Of a DNA stretch of 64,000 nucleotides, positions 39,501-50,421 are shown one piece after another (position 1 is the first letter of the stretch; the number at the start of each line of letters is the position of its first letter). The translations under genes were made by a program, and so were the position numbers. The notes beneath the pieces were generated by a model. That model made no database searches. It had not been told where the DNA came from and saw only the letters and a program-made list of their open reading frames with translations. The stretch lies in the NCBI RefSeq assembly GCF_030144855.1, contig NC_082721.1, positions 22,692,001 through 22,756,000 on the forward strand, in the 5' to 3' direction. Origin of the DNA: Hypanus sabinus (lineage: Eukaryota).

Positions 39501-42500
39501 TTGACATTTATCCTGAGGGAGAAAAGAAACCTCCAGAGAGACTAGAAGCAAAGAATCATCTTAAATGAATTTATGTTACTATATAAAGGAATCTAGAAAA
39601 TATCTTCATACAGACAAAAAGCATTTTTTACATGAGCTTAATCTTTATTGATTTGTCAGCTGGAACTTTATTCCAAAGTTAGAACACTTTACTTCAGAGA
39701 TTACTGCAGGATATAACACTTACCGTCACCAAATCATTCTCCAACAAATCCTGTTAACCTAATAACTTATAAGTGAAGCCAATGCTAATTATATTATTTA
39801 TACAAATTATATAAATTGTTATTTATATAACAAATATTTACACAGTATTTTGGGAAAACTATGCAGACTGAGGGTGGCACATATATGTAATGAACTGCCA
39901 AAGGAAGCAGTTGAGGCAGGACCAATAACAATATATAAAAGACATTTGGACAAGTATGTGGATTGCAAGCGTTTAGAGAGATATGGGTTCAAAACAAGGA
40001 AATGGGACTAGTTCAGATGGGCATCTTGGTTGTCATGATCAAAATAGGCTAAGGATCCCTTTTCTGTGCTGTACAACTCTAAGACTGTAGGTGTAAATGA
40101 AATAAAGGTCACAGACCAATTAACCTACTTTGATCCTACTGAATGATGGGGAAATCAAGACATCCGGAGAAATACTGATTTTAGTATTCACATTCGTCTT
40201 TTCAGCTCAATGTGAGAAATTTGAGTCACCAAAGCTACTGGGCGGGCCCGGACTGGTTTTGGTCTGATAAATGCATGCACCACCACGGAGTGGGCTCAGC
40301 GCTCATCAGCATGTATTAGATCTATAATTTCCACACTTATCCAAGTAACAAAGCAAACGATCAAAGGAACCATAACTAATTTAATGAGAATATGATTGCT
40401 GAATGATGCTTCCAAAAGTGCAACATTTCCTCAAATACAGCAATGCCAGCTTAGATTATGCTTTATAATCCTGAATGTCAGTATAACCCATGACCCCACG
40501 ATGTAGAAGCAAACAGGTATAAAGTAATTATGATAGAGTAGACAAGCACTCTATCTGAAGTGTATCAGCAAATCCACGCAGAGCTCTGAAGAATATGATA
40601 ATATCACAAAAGTGAGATGTTCATGGTTTTAGAAAAAAAGAGCTATTATGGTGTCTAAAATGGGAACACAAACCCCAGAGTCAGTACCAATGTTCAAAGC
40701 AAAGCAAAAATTCGCACCACCCAAACCAAAATTGTATGTTTCATGCTAAACAAAAGGAGGTGTTTTCCCTGTTGTCTTCAGTTCTGTAACTATCTGATAT
40801 CCCAGCAAGCTACTCATCTATGGAAAATTACTCAAAAAATACTGTTGTAAATTACTAGGGCCATCATGAGCCATGTCCACTTATTCTCATCAGCTGAAGC
40901 ATTCCTTAGCCCATTGAGCTGGAATCAACTGAAGAAATATAAAAAACTAAGTATAATGCTCTGACAATACTTTTGAAACTAATATTTGTAGAACTATCAA
41001 AAAAGGAATCTTGCAAAATAAAAGTTGCCTAAAATTTTCTTCAGCACCCCCATACTTCATTCAACGTGTGTCATTTCTCACCTGAAGAGCAACAATTCTC
41101 TGGTAAACGTCTTCTCTCATGCTCATCTCCACATCAAATTCAGATAACCGTTTATCTGCCTCAGTGCTTGCAGCCCGAACTTCTTTGCAAGGAGAAACAT
41201 GTTGTGGGAAGTCAAGAATATTCCTCTGAACTGAAATAGCAAACAATATCTCAATATTAGATCCAAAGCATTCAACAAAGCAATCTTCCATTACACTAGA
41301 GAGATATTAAGAGAAAGATCTAGTATAATGCACAGTTCATTGGGAAGGGCATTCTTACTGCTTTTAACTTCCATACTTTGTTATTTCAGTTCGTCATCTC
41401 AAGATAAGCATTCACCATGGAATAAAAGGACATGGGCTTATTGACAGAAAGGAAGTCTTAGAACATAAACAGATAGCTTCCTCACGAGCTCAAGCAGACA
41501 CTTTCTAACTTTATAGCAACTAGGACAGAAATGCCAAGAAATGATCTGCACACACCCATCTTGCCGCTGCCTTAATAGAGTTCTTTTTGTCCTTATCCAC
41601 CACCCCATCAGCCTCTGCATTCAACACATCATCTTCCACAACTTCCATAATCTCCAAAGGGATCCCACCACAAAACACATCTTTGCCTCCCTCCCATTCT
41701 TGCTTTCCACAGGGATCACTTCCTCCACAATTCCCTGACCATTCGACCCTCCCCACTAATCTTCCTCCCAGCACTTATCCCTACAAGCAACCCAAGTGCT
41801 ACACCAGGCCAGACACCTCGTCCCTCGCATATGTTCAAGGCCCCAAGGAATCCTTCCAAATGAGGCAACACTTCACCTGCGAACCTGCTGGGGTCATCTA
41901 CTGCGTCCTGTGCTCCCACTGTGGCTTCCTCTACGTGGCCGAGACCCGTCATAAATTGGGGGACCGCTTCATCTAGCACCGCCACTCTCCCCAGCACAAG
42001 CTGAACTTCTCAATGGCCGAACATTTTAATTCTGATTCCCTTTCCCCTTTTGAAATATCAGTCCATGGCCTCCTCTTGTGCCATGCTCAGGGTGGAGGAG
42101 CAATATCTTACATTCTTCCGGACAGTCTCCAACCTGATAGCATGAATAGCAATTTCTCCTTCCAGCGGGAAAATATCTTTACCCTCTTCCTCTATTCCCC
42201 ACTCTGACCCTTTATTTCTTCTTAACTGCCCCATGGTCCTCCTCTCCTTCCCTTTCTACTTCGAACAACTCTCCTCTCCAATCAGATTCCTTCTTCTCCA
42301 GCCCTTGACCATTCCCACCACCTGGCTTCACCAGTCACCTTCCTGCTAGCCCTTTCTCCTCCCCCCACCTTTTTCCCCCTGGTGTCTTCCTCCTTCCTTC
42401 TCAGTCCTGAAGAAGGCTCTTGGCCCCAAATGTCCACTGTGTATTCATTTTCACAGATGCTGGCTGACTGGTCGAGTTCCTCCAGAATTTTGTGTTGTTT

Positions 42501-45500
42501 TAGATTTCCAGTATCTGCATATTTCTTCGGGTTTATCATTACAACTTTGAAATTGATGATAGTTGATGTTTCTGGCTGATCTACTATATTGTCTATTTTG
42601 AGAAGTAGGTATCATGAACATTTATTGTCATCCTCTAATCACCTGTAGGAAACCATAGCACCCAGGAGAATGAATTCCACACATTCACAGAGAACTGGCA
42701 AACTCCAAACAGACAGCACTAAAGATCAGTATCGAACCTAGGTCACTTGAGCCACAAGACACTGAACTACCAATAGCAGCAACATGCCACTCGAGGTCTA
42801 ACACTTGTGTAATGCAAATGTTATTTACCATTTACCACCCCATGCTTGAATATTGCATGGGTATCCCTGCATGCAAGCTTGGACTCCTTCATTAAATGAT
42901 CATTAGAAATCATCAATTCTCATGGAAAATCTAAGTTATAATTTGTTGAAACTTTACTTAAAGTGATACAATGAAAATTCATTCATAACGTACATAGCAT
43001 ATTTAGGTGAGTGCAGGCAATTAGGGAACTTTCATTTAATCTCTTGGTTACACTATATAATGAGAAAACTAACATAACCTCTGACCTTTTTGTCCAACAA
43101 AGCCACGGAGAGACAGAGGTAAAATCTCCTATCAACAGTGATCTCTACACAAAATAATAGAATGTCTGGTCTATTGCTTACAAAGGTATTTCCACAAAAC
43201 AAACCACTTTGAACAATGCTTTCTAGATACAACAATCAATTTGATGGGGTCACCATTGAATTTTCTTTATGCTATTTACAGTACAAATGAAAAGTGTGAC
43301 ATTTCTCCCTATTCAGTAAAAATAATTGTATTTTAGGTACTAATAATAGTTTGCTCATGCACAATGTGTATGCATTAGTTTGCAATAGAATATTATGGAT
43401 GCAAGTTGAAATAATATTGCAATGAACTGGCACCTGTGACACTGAATGAAATAATGATTTGTACAAGCAGTACCAGTAGTCAAAGACTGAATATTCAGCG
43501 GGCAGATTTTCCCTTTCATCACGGTAGCATCTGCTGACAACTTGACTCCATGCATACAGGCTAGATTATGGCCTTCAGGCTTAGCTACAAAGCGCCAGCA
43601 TAAACTGAATACTGCACTGACAAATGAGGCACAGGTGATAGTGAATTCAGTACAGACATAATCAACATGGCATCCCAACATTGCTGTTTCCAAACTATTC
43701 CCTAAAGAGCTTGCTGTACTGCTATTTACATCTCTGCATGCAAACAAGCCCAACAGATCATGAGTTAAAATCATAAATTAATTTTTAGATGATCTTCTGG
43801 TTAAAAATGTAGACTAATTCAACTCTGCAAGCAGCATACAAGATGGCACAAATGAAAAACTATAGTATAATAAATACAATTACATCCAGTATACAAAAAT
43901 TATCTATATTGGGATTTATTAATTTCCTATCCAGATTTTAGTCCTTTTGATCTGAGACAGTACAGTAGACAAGGAAAATTTGCTTCCTACTGATACAAAT
44001 TGCTGGTGATCTCAGATTTAAATAATTGGTTAAAAACAAATCCAAAAGGCAGACACTGGATTTGGAGGTAGCTTTCAGTACTATATTGTTATAATACGGA
44101 ATTCAATACCTGAAAGGATAATGAAAACATATTCAATAGAAACTTACAAAGGATTTTGCAATAATCTGTAAACAAAAAGAAAATGGGAAAAGCAGGTGAT
44201 TGAGAGTATATTGAAAAGCTATATCAAAGAGTTGGTACCAATATAAGCTGATTCCTTCCATGCTTTGTGACTCAATGAAATGCAAGACACCATCAAGCAT
44301 TGAAGTGAAGTCAGCTAATTCAACAGGCGAGCTTTATTTTTCTTTCAGTGCAATCTGATATCATTTTATGAGGCATGTCAGTCACGGCTGACACAATGGA
44401 TAATACTTCATTTGCTTTTGTTTCTTTTCCAAAAGGAGATTTTTTAAAAATTGTGTTTAAAACGACCAAATTAACAACGCATTCCTAACTTTGAACCAAT
44501 TTCTGAATCCAGCCTAATTGACTTTTAATTCTACAGATGGGCATACTTTCATGCTCATAGGTGGTTTTGATCCAACAAACTCAATGAATTAGGAGTTTGG
44601 ATAGGTACATGGATGAGGGAAGTATGGAAAGCTATGGTCTGGGTGCAGGTAGATAGAACTAGGCAGTAAAACAGGTTGGCATTGACTAGATGGGCTGAAG
44701 GGCCTTTTTCTGGCCTGTAGTGCTTGATGAAATCCAAGCCAGCAGCATAATATTTAAGTTCATAATTTGCAGGCAGGTCTTTTGGTCTGCTTGTATTGAC
44801 TCTTCAACTAGAAAATTAAAAATAATCCAATTAGTCAGCTCTCCCTCACCACAGCTCTGTCATCTTCATTTTCAACTATTAACAGCCTCAAGGATGGCAT
44901 TCTGCCCATCAACTCTAAATAGCACTTTGCAGAACCTTCTCTGATGAAGTTATGCAGTTACGTAGTATATGTGGACTTAGGTATTCTCAAATTCCATTTG
45001 CAACCTGTAATTTGTTTTGAAATGCAATAATTGTAGTGAGCAGGCAAAACCACTTCAACACACAGCAGTATGATAAGAAATAGATATTGGCCATTTGTGG
45101 TTGCTCTCATCAAAATCAAAGTTCAGAAAACAAGCTTATGGAGATCAGCATCTGGAGAGTGTTTTGAGCTGATACCTTGCATCAAGAATGAATTAAAGCA
45201 CTTGAAGTCTCTTGGGTTTCCATGATAAAGACTTTTTCAACCTTGGGATAAAAGGATAAATACATGATACCAAACAAGAGGCAATTTCCCACTTTTTACA
45301 TGCCGTCCTGCAACTTACCCTCACCTACCCATCAATTCCCTTTCGATACCTTTTGTCACCATACTACAAAGTAACTTACAGGCGCCACTTAACCCACCAG
45401 CACACGCAGGAGAAATGCTCCGTCATGGGGGGGAAATGTACAAATTCCACACAGACAACAATGGATTCAAATTTAGGAATTAACCTGGGACTCAAGTTGT

Positions 45501-46194
45501 GAGGCAACTAAACTAGTTAATAATTACGGTGAGCAAGTGACCAGAGATGCAGTCACCTATACTCAAAACATGTACTTAACACGTAAGGACTGCCAAGGGC
45601 TGGCTAATCCAATAGAATACAACTGAGCCCAGATTTTGCACTGGAGTGGCGGTACTATCACTAGGCCACATCTGCCAGTTCCACTAATTCCATAACGTTC
45701 TGATGCTTCTTTCCCAGTCTGCATTCAATTCCTTTCAGAATACTATCAGTGTATACTTAAGCCAAGCCAGCAGGTCCAAGATCACAGGGAGAGTTGTACA
45801 GTTATTAATAAAATTTCAATATGCAACACTCGCTTAATAAACAGAAGCTGCTAAGTGCAGGTTTACTAATCAAGGCACCTGGTGATGTTTTGATTCCAGT
45901 GATGTTGCAGCTAAATGAATGATAAATCTCAGGGCGTTCCAATCCCCGAAACATTAGCCCCCCCACCACCTCACCTGTGTATTCCACCTCAATGTCGGCC
46001 AGTTCCTTCAGCGTATTCTCGTAGGTCACCTCGGCCAGGTCGAGCGAGCCGACGCGATCGTACACCTGCTTCGTCCTGCACATTATGGCCTGGGCCTCCT
46101 CCTCGATTTGCTGTTTGCTCAGATTCCAGCGCAGTCGGTTCGGGCCTGCGGGCTCTCCTGTCCCGCTGATTAGCATTTTACCGACGGGAGACAT
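21389..46194 (-). CDS. THOP1: Thimet oligopeptidase (M3A metallopeptidase), complete spliced CDS, 12 exons, 689 aa
   Basis: Exons of 220, 149, 108, 103, 161, 136, 367, 202, 187, 135, 137 and 165 nt = 2070 nt, open and in phase; HEFGH; TOP-type EVETYF, VERDF and GGYDAQYY rather than neurolysin R/T/G. Confidence 0.97.
22062..22500 (-). mobile_element. CR1 3' fragment
   Basis: Reverse complement of the CR1 tail (CATAAGATATAGGAGCAGAATTAGGC...). Confidence 0.8.
23173..23309 (-). CDS. THOP1: THOP1 coding exon 11
   Basis: (E)[45 protein letters not shown]; AG/GT boundaries. Confidence 0.96.
23581..25921 (-). mobile_element. LINE-1, 5'-truncated, with 9-bp TSD
   Basis: [29 protein letters not shown]; A-rich tail at 23581; GGCTATTCC at 23572-23580 and 25922-25930. 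Confidence 0.93.
26001..26135 (-). CDS. THOP1: THOP1 coding exon 10
   Basis: [45 protein letters not shown]. Confidence 0.95.
27047..27325 (+). mobile_element. V-SINE
   Basis: tRNA-like head plus V-domain-like TGGGTTTTCCCCAGGTACTCTAGTTTCCTCTCACAGTCCAAAGACAT. Confidence 0.75.
27419..27605 (-). CDS. THOP1: THOP1 coding exon 9
   Basis: [33 protein letters not shown]...SRLANA (contains the third zinc ligand Glu). Confidence 0.97.
29760..30328 (+). mobile_element. CR1 3' fragment
   Basis: [12 protein letters not shown]...[12 protein letters not shown]; tail AATTCTGCTCCTATGTCTTATGGTCTT. Confidence 0.85.
31040..31241 (-). CDS. THOP1: THOP1 coding exon 8 (HEXXH motif)
   Basis: [17 protein letters not shown]...VANFTKP...[24 protein letters not shown]. 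Confidence 0.98.
31862..32228 (-). CDS. THOP1: THOP1 coding exon 7
   Basis: ELARKLKPL...[14 protein letters not shown]...[10 protein letters not shown]. Confidence 0.97.
33023..33158 (-). CDS. THOP1: THOP1 coding exon 6
   Basis: [45 protein letters not shown]. Confidence 0.95.
33282..33908 (+). mobile_element. Tigger-family element, copy 2 (right end lost in the gap)
   Basis: Left TIR CAGTCGGCCCTCCTTATCC; colinear with 4729-5373. Confidence 0.9.
33909..34066. other. Assembly gap (158 N)
   Basis: N run. Confidence 1.
34390..34620 (+). mobile_element. Degenerate V-SINE
   Basis: GCTGTCTGTGTAGAGTTTGCATGTTCTCC V-domain core. Confidence 0.7.
35076..35236 (-). CDS. THOP1: THOP1 coding exon 5
   Basis: [54 protein letters not shown]. 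Confidence 0.96.
35520..36355 (+). mobile_element. Rex1-type 3' fragment interrupted by a short LTR-like insert (35555-35778, TG...CA)
   Basis: GGAGAGCAT|insert|...TGACTGATTACATCATGGCCTGGTATG restores the Rex1 ESILTGCIT.WY motif. Confidence 0.65.
36715..37045. mobile_element. Tc1-like MITE remnant with a terminal palindrome (36983-37045)
   Basis: ACTCAGTGGCCACTTTATAAGGTA...TACCTAATAAAGTGGCCACTAAGT. Confidence 0.7.
37984..38086 (-). CDS. THOP1: THOP1 coding exon 4
   Basis: [34 protein letters not shown]. Confidence 0.95.
38284..38827 (+). mobile_element. Solo LTR with 4-bp TSD
   Basis: TGTAA...TTACA termini flanked by CTGA on both sides; internal CCAAT. Confidence 0.85.
38985..39102 (-). 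mobile_element. Penelope-like terminal repeat with hammerhead core, truncated at the core
   Basis: Minus strand CTGATGAAGGGTCTCAGCCAGAAATGTC followed by the family 3' end. Confidence 0.8.
39405..39512 (-). CDS. THOP1: THOP1 coding exon 3
   Basis: [36 protein letters not shown]. Confidence 0.95.
40223..40388 (-). pseudogene. 18S rRNA fragment (5' domain), non-functional copy
   Basis: Minus strand CTCATTAAATTAGTTATGGTTCCTTTGATCG...TACTTGGATAAGTGTGGAAATTATAGATCTAATACATGC...GCATTTATCAGACCAAAACCA...GCTTTGGTGACTC matches the conserved 5' region of vertebrate 18S. Confidence 0.92.
41082..41230 (-). CDS. THOP1: THOP1 coding exon 2
   Basis: [50 protein letters not shown]. Confidence 0.97.
41535..42530 (+). 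mobile_element. Penelope-like retroelement 3' part (GIY-YIG endonuclease remnant plus terminal repeat)
   Basis: [36 protein letters not shown]; decayed hammerhead CAGTCCTGAAGAAGGCTCTTGGCCCCAAATGTCCACTG at 42402. Confidence 0.9.
45975..46194 (-). CDS. THOP1: THOP1 coding exon 1
   Basis: MSPVGK...[17 protein letters not shown]...VYDRVG...[17 protein letters not shown]; donor G|gtgagg; CpG-rich. Confidence 0.93.
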
Positions 46195-46199
46195 GCCGA

Positions 46200-46450
46200 T
46201 CTTATATTTTATTGAACTACAATATCAATATATATTGGTACCACGATGGAATTCCAATAAACTCTAGCACCAATACTTCACACTCAAATCACCAACACGC
46301 CAGTGATTCAAACGTGGACTCTCTCCAACCGACGATGCCAAGTCCCACCTCTACCTCAACTTCATTGGTTAATTCTCTCCTACGCAGAAACGTCAATCAT
46401 GCCTACTGATTGACAAGTCTGCCACGGTCATTGGACAGAATTGCGACCAC
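46200..46450 (-). promoter_or_regulatory. THOP1 5'UTR / proximal promoter
   Basis: Minus-strand CCAAT at 46364 and 46430; inverted TGATTGAC pair 46392-46414; CpG retention. Confidence 0.6.
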
Positions 46451-47226
46451 TTTTCACCCGGAACAAACGACCATTCAGCCCCTCCAAACGCTTCAGACCG
46501 AGACCCTTCAAAGTTCATTTATTAGGAAAGTAAATACAACCTCGAGATTCGTTTCCCTATGGGAGGCCACAAAACACGGAAGCGCAACAGAACACATTAA
46601 AATGCATTCGAACACCCAGTGTGCAAAAAAGCAAATCGTGCTAACAATTAAAAAGTAAGTAAATGACATTCAGAATTGAAGTTACTGAAGTGAAGGGTCT
46701 CGGTCCAAAATGGCGACTGTACTCTTTTCCATAAATGCTGTCTGGCCCACTGAGTTCCTCCAGCATTTTGTATATTTCAGGAAAGTGAGTGCACAGCCAT
46801 GAAGCCAGTCATCCCTCCAACCCATTAGTTGCAGACCACAGCCTCAGTTCATTTCCTGTGTGTTGTTCAAGATATCCAGTATCTGCAGAATCTTTTGTAT
46901 TTATAATCTTATTTCAATTTATCCAACATAACCATTTGCAAGTTTCCAGCAACTTCATAAAATGCTCCATAATTTCATGCCAGAAGAGCTTTGCAAAAAA
47001 ATTAGACTTCCAAACCACCAGAAAATGTTTTTTTATTTCCACCTTATCAATCCCCAATAATACCTTGAGATATTCCATAAAATGGCTCTTACAAACTTCT
47101 AACATTCCAGAGATTAGCATCACGGTTTGTGCAATTAAAAATCTATCTCTGATTTAGAGAAGATTCGTTGTTCAATTTCTGAATCTCGTCAAGACTTCCA
47201 AACATTGTGGGGACCTTTTATGAATT

Positions 47227-47951
47227 TGTGACGAGATCTGAAGGATTAACCTAAAGTGAACTGTTCCTTAAAACGAGAGAGAGAGGGAGCGAACAGTTTG
47301 TGTGATAATTCAGCAGTAGAGAAAGTCTGTGAGTTGCTTTGGAAACTGAAAAGCGGAGCTATATGATGGGCAGCTTGTGTTCCACACTGGAGATAGTGTA
47401 TATGCAAGGTCAGTTGATTTTTTAATCAGACACACAACGCCAGAGGCAGGGAGGACACTGTTGAGCTTTGTGTGCCCACGACAAGGGTGGGGATTTTGTT
47501 CACAGTGTGGACAAAGGAGTGACCGGTGGGGAGCTATCGGTGTGTTTAATCCTCGCCTGGGTTGATAGCTTACTGTGGAAAACCGGCATTCCTCTTTCTG
47601 TGGTGATAAATTGGTGACTTTAAATAAGTTTCAGGAGCAGGAGGACGACGTGGAGGATCGGCATTGGGAAGACAAACCAACTCTCTCTCTTCAACTCTAC
47701 TCAAATCAAATTCCAAAACTGAACTGATGATTTACTATACCACTGTAAGACTGTATCACCTAAGCTGGGAAGCTTGGGAACTTTATTACTCACTTATATA
47801 TGCATTTACTCTGCTAATCTGTTTACCTTATCTTGTTTTATATTACTTTATCACGTAGTTACTAATAAAATAGAGTTTATAACGGAAGAGTCAGACTCCA
47901 GATGTGTCCATCTCTGCTGGTCCTTTTTAACCCATTACGGGGTACGGAACA
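47227..47951 (+). mobile_element. Solo LTR with 5-bp TSD
   Basis: TGTGACG...CGGAACA flanked by GAATT on both sides; AATAAA at ~47864. Confidence 0.85.
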
Positions 47952-48178
47952 GAATTATTTTCAAACTATTCAATTCACTGTTTAAACTCAGATGTTGGCT
48001 ATTATTAATTTTTATTATATGAGAAGGTATTTTATCTTATTTTCTCCTTAATGAACAGCTTTGGTAGAGGTTAGATTTTATTTGTAATAAGTATATTTCA
48101 ATATAACTATTGATTAACTTACATAAATACAGGGTAATGAGATTGTTATTATGAACAGATAAATTGTAATTGGTAAAT

Positions 48179-49333
48179 GAGGAAATCTGCAAATGCTGGA
48201 AATTCAAGCAACACACACAAAATGCTGGTGGAACGCAGTAGGCCAGGCAGCATCTATAGGAAGAGGCACTGTTGACATTTTGGGCCGAGACCCTTCGTCA
48301 GGACGAACTGAAAGGAGAGATGGTAAGAGATTTGAAAGTAGGAGGGGGAAATTCCAAATGATAGGAGAAGACCGGAGGGGGTGGGGTGAAGCTGAGAGCT
48401 GGAAAGGTGATTGGTAAAAGGGACACAGAGCTGGAGCAGGGAAAGGAGCATGGGACAGGAGGCCTAGGGAGAAAGAAAGGGAGAGGGGAGCACCAGAGGG
48501 AGATGGAGAACAAGCAAAGAGTGATGGGCAGAGACAGAAAAAAAAGGGAGGGGGGAATAAATCAGGGATGGAGTAAGAAGAGGAGGAGGGGCATTGATTA
48601 CTCTAACTTCCATTAATGTTCATGCCATCAGGTTGGAGGCTACCCATATGGAATATAAGGTGTTGTTCCTCCAACCTCAGTGTGGCTTCATCTTGACAGT
48701 AGAGGAGGCCATGGATAGACATATCAGAATGGGAACGGGACATGGAATTAAAATATGTGGCCACTGGGAGATCCCGCTTTCTCTAATTCCATGTCCCATT
48801 CCCATTCTGATATGTCTCTTCTGCTGTGGCAATGAGGCCACACTCAGGTTGAACATTATCTTGTATTCCACTTGGGTAGCCTCTAACCTGATAGCATGAA
48901 CATAGATTTCCCGAATTTCTGGTAATGCCCCCCTCCCCTTCACAATTCCCCATCCCCTCTTCACCATCACACCTTATCTTCTTGTCTGTCCATTGTCTCC
49001 CTCTGGTGCTCCTCCCCCTTTTCTCCCCCCCCCACCCCGCCACCGGCCTTCTGTCCTCTCCTTTCAGATTCTCCTATCTCCAGACCTGTATGTCTTTCAC
49101 AAATCAACTTCCCAGCTCTACTCCATCCCCTCCCCTTCCTGGTTTCTCCTATCACCTTGTTTCACCACCACCCCCCATCCTTTAAACCTACTCTTTTTTT
49201 CTTCAGTCCCACTGAACGGTCTCGGCCCGAAACATTGATTGTACTCTTTTCCATAGATGCTGCCTGGCCTGCTGAATCCCTCCAGCATTTTGTGTGTGTT
49301 GCTTGGATTTCCAGTATCTGCAGATTTTCTTGT
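48179..49333. mobile_element. Head-to-head inverted pair of Penelope-like 3' ends (~1.15-kb imperfect palindrome)
   Basis: Left arm minus, right arm plus, centre ~48783; decayed hammerheads at 48271-48304 (-) and ~49203-49240 (+). Confidence 0.85.
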
Positions 49334-49698
49334 TTGTATCTAGATAGGACAAAATCTTATATTTTTTCTCTATTAATTTAAACCTAAATTCATTTCTATT
49401 CCTTTGAAATATCAACTTCTCATGTCTTAACACACTTCAATTAATTCTCCTTCTGACATCATCTATTCCAAAGGAAATTTCCAGTCTATTCAGTCATTAG
49501 CTATTTCCCCCAGACTCTGTTACATTCTTGCACGTCTCCTTGACATTTTTTTTACATTTCAGTCACATCTCTCCTATAAAACATTGGTCAAAATTGGCCA
49601 TGGTACTTCAATTGTGCTTCTCCATTCTTACATATTATGCCTTTGCAATTAAAGAAAAAACATTAATATTCCTTTTAAACCAATAGATTGACCAATCT

Positions 49699-49847
49699 CG
49701 AGGAAATCTGCAGATGCTGGAAATTCAAACAACACACACAAAATGCTGGTGGAACACAGCAGGCCAGGCAGCATCTATAGGGAGAAGCACTGTCGACGTT
49801 TCGGGCCGAGACCCTTCGTCAGGACCACCAGCATTTTGTGTGTGTTG
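49699..49847 (-). mobile_element. Young short Penelope-type insertion with 15-bp TSD
   Basis: TAGATTGACCAATCT at 49684-49698 and 49848-49862; 22-bp inverted piece at 49826-49847. Confidence 0.9.
49792..49825 (-). ncRNA. Minimal type I hammerhead ribozyme motif with intact core
   Basis: GUC-CUGACGA-A-GGGUCUCGGCCC-GAAA-CG-UC-GAC: stem I GUC/GAC, CUGANGA, stem II, GAAA, palindromic CG stem III, GUC cleavage triplet. Confidence 0.8.
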
Positions 49848-50421
49848 TAGATTGACCAATCTACTACTTTTAAGCTTCTATGGAGTTATAGTCCAAGGTC
49901 TTCTGCTCATCCACATCTCAGTTCTGTATCTTCCAGTTTCTTTCCAAATGTGTTACTTCACACAGAGATCCTTTCATTCCACTGATGACCATTTATGTAC
50001 TCCTGCACCTAAAGGTTTCCTCCACATAGTGAGCTACATTGCCAATTTTCAATGTCATTTTCTAACCACCTTATCACATCTCTTCTGTTTACGTCTAGTA
50101 TTAATGCATACTATAAAATTCAAGCAATCAAGTACTGAGCTTTGTAGAATTCCATGAGTAACAATCTTTCAGTTGTTAAAAATAGCTGTCAACCTTTTGT
50201 TTCATACCACCAAGCTAATTTGGTCACTCTAAGTGGTTAGAATGTGCATTCACGATATTGCATTCAATTGAGATAAGAAATAGATTCATGTGATAGGTCA
50301 AAAATACAAAGGTATGTTGATAATTCATCATCTGAATTAGGGTGGAGAGTATCTTAAAAGGTAGTACAAACACATGACCAGTTGGCTGAAATACCTGTTT
50401 TTGTAAATATAAGGAATTCTG

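Noticed and set aside
40223-40388. Functional rDNA unit
   Set aside because: Only 166 bp, mutated at conserved positions, and intronic.
43355-43774. 139-aa minus-strand ORF in THOP1 intron 1 as an alternative exon
   Set aside because: No recognisable homology and no convincing splice pair; exon 1 joins exon 2 in phase without it.
21389-46194. Neurolysin (NLN) instead of THOP1
   Set aside because: The specificity residues are TOP-type (EVETYF, VERDF, YDAQYY) and there is no mitochondrial leader.
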